NCBI GenBank assembly: GCA_027923505.1
Contig: BROI01000020.1
Coordinates: forward strand, 434,001-498,000
DNA length: 64,000 bases
Origin: Mayamaea pseudoterrestris
Taxonomy: Eukaryota
Direction: 5' to 3'
Shown: in pieces, positions 56,146-64,000 of the stretch
How the letters are laid out: each line of letters opens with the position of its first letter
Position numbering within the stretch: the first letter of the stretch is position 1
The notes under the pieces: model-generated
Databases searched by the model: none
What the model was told of the DNA's origin: nothing
What the model saw: only the letters and a program-made list of their open reading frames with translations
Translations under genes and position numbers: made by a program

Positions 56146-58533
56146 TCAGCACCACGAGATTATTGGGACAACTGTCTGATTTTGGACATTGCTGTGGATG
56201 ACAAGGCTAGCATTGAAAGTGTCTGGCTCAACGGGCGTGTCGGATTCAAAGCCAATTTTGACCTTGGTGTGCCCATTACAGCTGATGTAGGCGTTCGTTA
56301 TGCTGACTGTGAAGTATACTTTTCCATAGCCGACGACTGATATGTTTCGGATTCGCAAATTGCCTGGATTGGTTCGTCCAATGTAAAGCCACGCGTATGA
56401 TCTCCACTTTCCTTGGACAAAGACTGGCGCATCAAACGCCAACTTGGTGTCACTGACCCATTGATCCACTGTCGACCAGGTCCGTCGGTTTCGAACCTCG
56501 ACAATGTCGCCCCTCCCGTCAAAGTAGTTGAAGATGGGACGGGAGTAGATGCGCATGGGGCCATCATTTTGCTGCAAAAACTCCAGGAGGAGACATTTCA
56601 AGTGTTCCGCCTTTCCAACAACTGCCATATCAGTATCGTTCGCACGCAATACATTTTGTTTCTCAAACGGATCCGCGCCAAGGTCAAAAAGCATATCTTC
56701 CGACGCGCCGCCAGCCAACTTGGTAATCATCAATTTCCAGTGACCATGTCGCACCATAAAGTTTGGTTGCTTACCGAGCCCGCCATCGTTACCTTCTGGT
56801 GCTAAATCAATCTCGCCAATAACGTATTCGTCGTCGGAGAATCGGCGGTAGCTCGTGTTGAAGATGGCCGGTCGCAGACTATTGCCGCTGCTATGATCCA
56901 TATGCGATACGCCAAGAAAGTCCATGATTGTCGAAAAAACATCTAGGTGCGCGACCGGTCGATCAACAACAGTTCCTTTCGCAATGACGCCGGGCAGTCG
57001 CATAATGAGAGGAACTCGCATTACTTCCTCAAAGAACCCGCGCTTTCCTTGCATGCCGTGCGCACCAAGAAACTCGCCATGGTCGGATGTAAAGATTACC
57101 AACGTACTGTTAGCGACACCTTGCACGTCCAACTCATTTAGAATTGTCCCAACGTATGCGTCGAGCTGCTCGACCATGGCATAGTAAATGGCAGTCCAAG
57201 CTTGGACTTTGCTCGAGTCATTGAACCCTTTGGCCCAGCTTTGCTCTTGAACCCTCGCGAAATAATCATGACTCATTGGATCGTTCATGCTTGGCGGCAC
57301 CAATATTTGGTCCTGACTTGCGAGGTAGTAGGATGCATACTCCTCTGGAGCAATATATGGCGGGTGCGGATGCTCAAATGATACTGTCAGCGACCAAGGC
57401 TGGGCGCCTTGCGACAATCGTCGCACGGCTAGCATGCCCTGCGTGCCAGTGTACGCCGACAGTGACTCGTTCGACGGAACAGCGTCTACGCCCATGATGG
57501 TCGAATTGTTGTCCTCATTGTTGCGTTCAGTGTCGCTCAGGATCACAGTCGTCTGGTTGTAGAGCGAATCCAGCGGAAATGGCGTGTACGGCATGAGTGA
57601 CCTTGGATTGGTTTGCTGTCCAGGCGCATACTCCGACACGGCCGGAGGCGTCTTTACCCACGCTTGCAACTGACCAATGTACTTGTCATTGGAGAGCAGA
57701 CTACCAGAAAAGTAGGGCTGCGTGTAGTTTATCGAGTACGAATCGTAAACAATGGCATTGTTTTTTCCTTGTAAGTCGTAGAACCACCGCGGAGACAAGT
57801 GATACTTGCCATACGACTCAACTTGATAGCCGACATGATGCAACAGTTGATCGTACGTTCGTGTGCCGTTGATCTTGCGCCACAATGCGCGGTCGTCCTG
57901 ATTGATGACGGAGAAGCGCAAGCGAGGTCAGTGAAAAGACAGATTGTTTCGAAAACGCGTACGCAGCATGTTACGTACTGTTTCCGCAATCCAACTCTTG
58001 ATGAATCCATTGGACTGAATGCCATGACGCTCCAAGGTGCATCCACTCCGCAACGTGGCTCTCGCCGGCGCGCAGCTGCTCGACTGCGTGTAGGCGTTGG
58101 CAAAAGAAACTCCCTGCGCAGCCAAACGATCCAAGTGTGGCGTGCGAATCTGGAGCTTGCCTTTGTAAATGCTCATGCGATTCTGTACGTAGCCGATTGC
58201 GTCGAACCGTAACTGGTCGGCGGTAATGACGAGAAGATTGAGTCTGCGTTGCTGCTGTTTCGGTGGCGACAATGGTGGCGGTGGTGATGTTTGAGGCAAA
58301 GTAGTATCGTTGTTTACTGGCGGCGGAGGAAGCACTAGTCCATCGCTTGCGTTTGACGGCGCATCATTGACATGTACTCGCGTCGTAACCGTCAAGTCAG
58401 ACTTGGCGTCGTCGTGGTCGTCGTCGTATGAGTGAACATTCTTGCTCTTAGAGATGCAAATGGCTGTCAAAATGCTGGCGGCAACGAGCGCCGCGATGAG
58501 AAGCAACAGTTGAGTGAATCTTGATGGCGGCAT
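56146..58533 (-). CDS. Formylglycine-dependent sulfatase (S1) with an N-terminal membrane anchor, 2 exons, about 768 aa
   Basis: Exons 58533-57979 and 57897-56146 (81-nt GTACGT..CTGAC..CAG intron). Motifs ADQLR, CAPARATLRSG (CxPxR), GKYHL, PHPPY, SDHGE and LFDLGADPFE. Confidence 0.92.
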
Positions 58534-59866
58534 AGTCAGTTCGTTACACTTGATTCAGCCAGATTCGACTTGGCATAAAAGGAGCCGAAAGAATTGTAGG
58601 CTGCAAATGTGACTAGATTCTTGAATGGAGACGAGAAAAGCGAGGGCGACGGGGAGTGTTTTTTTTAACGTTGAGGCGTCGTCAGTCGAAGTTGAAGCCT
58701 ATGCCAACCATCGCTGCTGGCAAAAATGGCTCCACAACGTGCCTTGTCACATGACGGCGATGAAGAAGCATGCTTATTGTTTTGGCAAAGTGAGCCTGGG
58801 GCATGTTGCAAGCGCATGGCATCATCGCCAAAAGCCAAAAGATTGCCTGCGAACTGCGGTTTTCAATGCGACACCAAGTCAGTTGCGATAAATAGCTCGT
58901 TTTCAAACCACATTATGAAGCCATCCAAAAATAGTTTCAAGGGCAAAGCAGACGAAGCAGCACAAACATATGCAAAGCCGTGCAAGTTAGTCATTCGCGA
59001 AAGCTTGAAAATGTTGGTGAAAGCCTTTCCGCCTCGTTTTGCATTCATGAGCCATGCTCATATAAGAATCAGTTCTTGTTCTTCAATCTGCGGCGTCCTT
59101 CTTGATTAATTCATGGTAACTGCGTGTCATTATGATTTTTGCTGATTGTCAATCGACGCGCGGTTCACTTGGACGACTGGACGACGGCTGCGTGCGCATG
59201 GCGCATGACCAAGGCAGAAAGCAGAAGCATGCCACAAGTATTATGAAGCCTCTTTGCCACATAGAAGTTATGAAAAATTGCATGGCGATTTAAAAGGCTA
59301 ACGTAGATATATTTCGCTCGCATCATGCCGCCGCCGTCACGCAGCATCCCCCATGGTCATTTTCGTTGCCGCAAATCGAGTCGTGCTAATTTCGGCCAAG
59401 GTTCGTCGAGCACGTCCGTCCAGTGTGACACTTACTTAAACTGACGAGTATGCCGGCGCGTCGATCATCCAATCAAATGCGCTCGACACAAATTTCAGTT
59501 CACCACTTTCGCGCCAGTCAGCTACTTCCAACCGAATCAATGGAAACACATGGACTTTTGAAGAAGAAAGGCCTACCGTTCAAGCGGCAAGGAGAGGGAG
59601 CGATACATTCAAGTGACTGTCTAAGCATATGGTAGAAGCATCTTACTTGCTGGCTTGATCTTGCTGTAGATTGGTTTTGCGCGCTGCTGACTGCTCCCGA
59701 CTAGCAATTTACTGCAGCTGTTCACTTTGCGTTCTTGAGAACCGTCTGCCATTGCCGTCGAACCGTTCATTCATTGCCAGAAGTTCGCATCAAAGTTTTG
59801 GTTGGCTGCGAGACCAATCAACATACAAGAGACGGCTGTAGTAACTGCTAGCAAGAAGGAAACATC

Positions 59867-62800
59867 ATGACGATGCAGAAGCGACGATTGCAACAAATAC
59901 GCGGCAACTACACGACACCACCACCATGCTGCTGCCGCTACGTTCCATTACTGCTGCTGCTCGCCACTATTCTACTGCCATCGACCTGTTTCGCCCAAGA
60001 CGACGATTCAAATATTACCTCAAATAATACAGACACGTCACAACCTCCATTCAACGTCGACGGTTTTTTATCGCTCGAGGACTTGCAGTTTTGCTCCAGC
60101 GCCTTGGAGCAGAGCGACGCAAACAACGACAATGAAGTGGACAGTGACGAATACGTGACATTTTCGCAGCTCATGAATCCAACACTGGATGTCATTAGCG
60201 ACATTGACAACTATCGAGACATGCCACTAGCGTTTAAAGCTGCCTTTTTGCGCACGGCCTGTTTGTGTTCGTTGCCCGACTTTGGCGGCGATGAGGACGC
60301 ATTGAGTTGCTGCTTTGGCACGGCGGCCCACTTGCGCGCCACGACCCAACGCTTGTATCTATATGCCGCGTGTAGCTACAACTTGGCGGCGGCGGAAACG
60401 GTGCGCATGCCGTCGCACGCGCCGACGAATGAACCAACGATTGCGGCAACGAGTGAACCAACGACCATGGAGCCGACCGTCGAGCCGAGTATGATTCCAA
60501 CGACTATGGCGCCTAGTGCAGCGCCAACGACGAATGCAGTTCCAACGCTAGCGCCAAGCAGTGTTGCATCGCAGCCATCGACGCGTCCATCTCCGGCAGC
60601 GTCACCATCGCTGTCACCGGCACCAACCACTACCAAAAGTTCCGTGCAAACGGCCCGCGTGGCGTACCGCATTCGCATACTGGACGGGCAAGCCTTGTTT
60701 CGTACGAATTCCTCCTTTTTCGACAGCTACCTGAACGACTTGGGCGCCGCCATGGGGTTGCTGGCGCCGCAAGTGGTGAAAGACACGTTTGGTGATAATG
60801 GACGACGATTGTATCATGGAGGGAAGCGACGATTGAATGTCGTTTACGGCAATCAACCTGACACGATCTACACAATGCAGTATGTTGGTGCGTCACGCAA
60901 CGTTGGATATGTTATTGGTGTCGTGCGCATATTTTCAACTCACACTTGTTTCATCATTTTTTCACGCAGAATGCCCCAAGGGCATTCCAAAGACGGACGT
61001 TTGCCAACGGATTGTGGACAAAGTCAGTCTCGAGTTATCGGGCAAAGACGCCAACGATCCAATTGCCACCGTCGATGAGTATGAAGCAACACTGTCGAAT
61101 GCGATTGCGCGTGGCGACTTGGCGGCCTCGTTGGAGCAAGTGAGTCCAGACTCGCCCGTGATTATATTGGATGACACGCAGAAACTGGGGGCATCACCAC
61201 CTCAAACGCCAACCGACAAGGCGATAACCGACGAGTCTGGCTTGAGCGCGGGCGGCGCCGTGGGCATTGCCATTGGAGCATTGGTCTTGATTGTTCCGCT
61301 GGCGCTACTGGCCATGCGAAAAAAGCGACGCAAGAGTGAAAGTGCGGCTGCTGCTGAATTGGAAAAGGTTCCAGTCAAGGATATTGAGGAGAATGACAAT
61401 TTTTCCGCGGCGGCAGTTTCGGGTAATGACGCGGCCTCATCCGTGGCCGACAAGGATGTTTACATTGAAAACGAAGGAGCTGCGGCGGCGGCAGCTGCTG
61501 GTGGTGGCACTCTGCTTGGCGCGCACGCACCCAACTATGGTCGAAAGGATCGGCAGCAGCAGCAACAAGACTACGAGTTGATGGACATGGACATGGGCGA
61601 GGATGTCATGGCCGAACCTGGCATGGATGATGACCACCATACGACGGCATCATCGGAAGCTGGCAATTCGGGATGGTCGAGTAGCGCCGGTTTGTCGAGT
61701 CTCAACACTGGATCCATGGACGAATCGATGGATGCGGCCATGGCGGCGGGCACGACACTGGCGGCGATTGGATCGACGAGTGCACTGTCGCGAGTGGTGG
61801 TGGAGCATGGCGATGACACGGAGACTGGAGCATCGTAAGTATATTTTGATTGGAGTTTGCTCGCGGTTGTTTGTTTTTGGTGATACTCTCTAAACATCTT
61901 TTTTTTGCACAGTGAAAGCGACGCTGACATTGCTCCCGAATTGGCGCGTTCTCAACTAGACGGATTGATTGAAGCTGGTGACTGGGCCGCTGTTGGTGCC
62001 ACTGCCGCCCTCTTGGCGGCTGCGTCCGACTCTGCTTCCATGGATTCCAAGAGTCATGTCACTGGAAGGAGTGAGCGAAGTCGAGACACTACGCGGTCTG
62101 GAGTGGATTCGGCTCGAGCGGCGGAGTTGGATCAGCTAATTGACGCTGGTGATTGGGAAGGTGTCGTGCTGGCGGCGGCCAAGTTTGAAACAGCAGAATC
62201 TGGCGCTGATACGGATGGCGACCATGCCTCCATGGATGCCACCGAATCTGAAGCGGACATGTCTAATAGTCGAACTGGAGTTTCCACGTCGGCCGGGACA
62301 AGCCAATCTGACTCTATCAGCCAGAAAGCAAGGACGGCAGCAATTCGCAAAGAGGTTGTGGAGTTGGTAGAGCGCGTTGTTCCTGAGGAGTTGGACAATG
62401 TTGATGAAATGATGAACCAATTCAAAGGCCGAGAAGATGAATTGCTCGAGACGCTCAGAACAATGCAGGAGCGTTTCATTGCGCAAAAGGCGCGAGAGAC
62501 AAACCAAAAGTCAGCCAAGATTGAGGCGCGACGGACCGTGCGCGAGGCAGCAGGAATGAACGCTGCTCGAACAGATACGGGTCCTCGTCAAGCTGTGTCT
62601 CCGGAAGCGTCTAGTGGCGATGTATCGGCCCGCAGCGCTGACCGGAGTTCCATTGCCAGTGTACCATCGGAGGAACGACGAACCGCACTTGAGTCTGCTA
62701 TCGAAGCAGGCGACTGGGAAGCTGTAGGCGCGGCGGCTGCCTTGATGAGTGACGCAGACACCGGGAGCAACAACTCGGGTGACATTTCTCAGCTGAACGA

Positions 62801-63161
62801 AGCATTATCGAGCGTCGAGAACAGCCAGCGGAGCCAACGGAGTGAAATATCGGAATCCGATACTGCCCGAGCTGCGCGAATCGATTCTCTTGTCGGCAAG
62901 AGTGATTGGCAAGGTGTCGTTGAAGCCACTAAATTGTTTTCGGACGAAGACAAGCCTTTGCGTAGCCAGGAAGAGGAAGAAGCTCTGGCCGAAGCGGAGG
63001 CTTGGATGAAGATCGCCGAAGATACAAAAGAAGGCGCCACAGACGCGGCTGCGAGCGAAGCCGCTGAATGGGCGATTCAAAAGTCACTGTCCCAATTGCA
63101 GGAAGAGGAAAGGCAACAGGGAAAGAAGGAGCCTTCGGGGGACGACGAAGATGAAGTGTAG
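59867..63161 (+). CDS. Single-pass type I membrane protein with an EF-hand-like loop, a Pro/Thr stalk and cytosolic GDW repeats, 3 exons, about 1044 aa
   Basis: Exons 59867-60887, 60970-61834 and 61913-63161 are in frame. Signal peptide, DANNDNEVDSDE loop, TM followed by RKKRRK, and four [GS]DW helical repeats. Confidence 0.8.
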
Positions 63162-63375
63162 ACGTATATAGTGTGTTGCGACTAATAAATGTATTTGTGT
63201 TACCGGGCAGATCAATTGTAATATCTTCATAGCTACACGCCTCAACATTGGTCGATGCATGCTCACGAACGTTAAGCTATGTCAAACGTGGTTACTGAAG
63301 ACAGCTGGACTATACCACGATAACATTAAAATCTATGCCAAAACATTTCCATTCCATCTTTCATTACCCACCTGT

Positions 63376-64000
63376 TCACGGCATAAAAGAATCGCACTTT
63401 TTGTGCTTGTTGCACTCGCCGTAGCAACAGTCGGTATGACGAATGCACTTGGAGCCAGGTTCCCGACACACGCGGCAACGTCCAAGCTGCTGGCCGACAA
63501 AGTCGCGAATGCAAGTGAGGCCAATGCAGCAACGGCCGTTCGCTCGGCATGGCTTGCGCCTGCCGCGACACTGCTTGTTGGAAGGAATGGCGCGATACGT
63601 GTAGTACTGCGCCACCATGCGCTCAATCTGGCCAGGAGTAAAGCTCCCGTGCAAGCTGCGGCAGTCCGGTGTGCCATAGTTCATGACTGTACATAACGAA
63701 GGGAGGAATGCATGTGAGCATGATGATGCGACGATACCAATCCTTGCGCAAAGAGTCGTTCAGCATGCCAAACAAAGTCCATCCACTTACAGTTGTTCAC
63801 TGGATCCAAGCCAACATCAATTCCAGGAATGGAATCGTCGCAAGTATCCAGCGCCGCATCCAGCCAGCATGTTTCATTGTCATCCGTTGGCCCCGCATGC
63901 GATGGAGTATCATATACGCCGTCGTTCACCAAGTTTCTATAGATTGATTGGTCGTCATCGGTGGTAGTAAAGTTGGCCATTTCGGCACTGGCACAACCGT
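63376..64000 (-). CDS. M43 (pappalysin/ulilysin-like) metalloprotease, 3' part only
   Basis: Exons >64000-63791 and 63686-63376 give DGVYDTP..DTC..DPVNNFMNY..DC..FTPGQIERM (Met-turn region) and a Cys-rich tail. The HEXXH motif lies outside the window. Confidence 0.8.

Noticed and set aside
57898..57978. Apparent in-frame stop splitting the sulfatase into two ORFs (readthrough or pseudogene)
   Set aside because: The TGA lies in a canonical 81-nt intron with donor, branch point and acceptor.
59166..59428. Weak inverted repeat (ACTGGACG.ACG) suggesting a small MITE
   Set aside because: Too short and imperfect, with no TSD.
1..64000. Many short antisense or overlapping ORFs in the six-frame track
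   Set aside because: Shadow ORFs of real genes, with no independent motifs.

Overview
Eukaryotic nuclear DNA, most likely from a pennate diatom. The basis is short GT-AG introns, compact gene spacing, bipartite-type presequences, a cyclase-phosphodiesterase fusion and diatom-style LRR families. Intact genes include a TMEM87/GOST 7TM protein, an NTT/TLC-like transporter, a 2275-aa repeat protein, a carnosine N-methyltransferase-like enzyme, a 6-exon nucleotide cyclase/PDE fusion with an 18-nt micro-exon, a mitochondrial carrier, KDSR, a myristoylated unknown protein, a sulfatase, a single-pass GDW-repeat membrane protein and a partial M43 metalloprotease. Structural features: (1) two near-perfect tandem duplications of 5383 bp and 3186 bp, each with a 2-bp junction microhomology, which may be real CNV or assembly artefact; (2) a dispersed 5S rRNA gene (two copies through the duplication) near a 184-186 bp repeat array; (3) a 1052-bp Harbinger-like non-autonomous element with a CTG TSD and two arrays of 30-bp palindromic repeats; (4) six copies of an intronless RNI/LRR-like family showing birth-and-death turnover, two of them paired tail-to-tail with decayed receptor-type LRR genes in an older duplicated cassette. 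Family assignments come from motif recognition by eye. No database searches were run.
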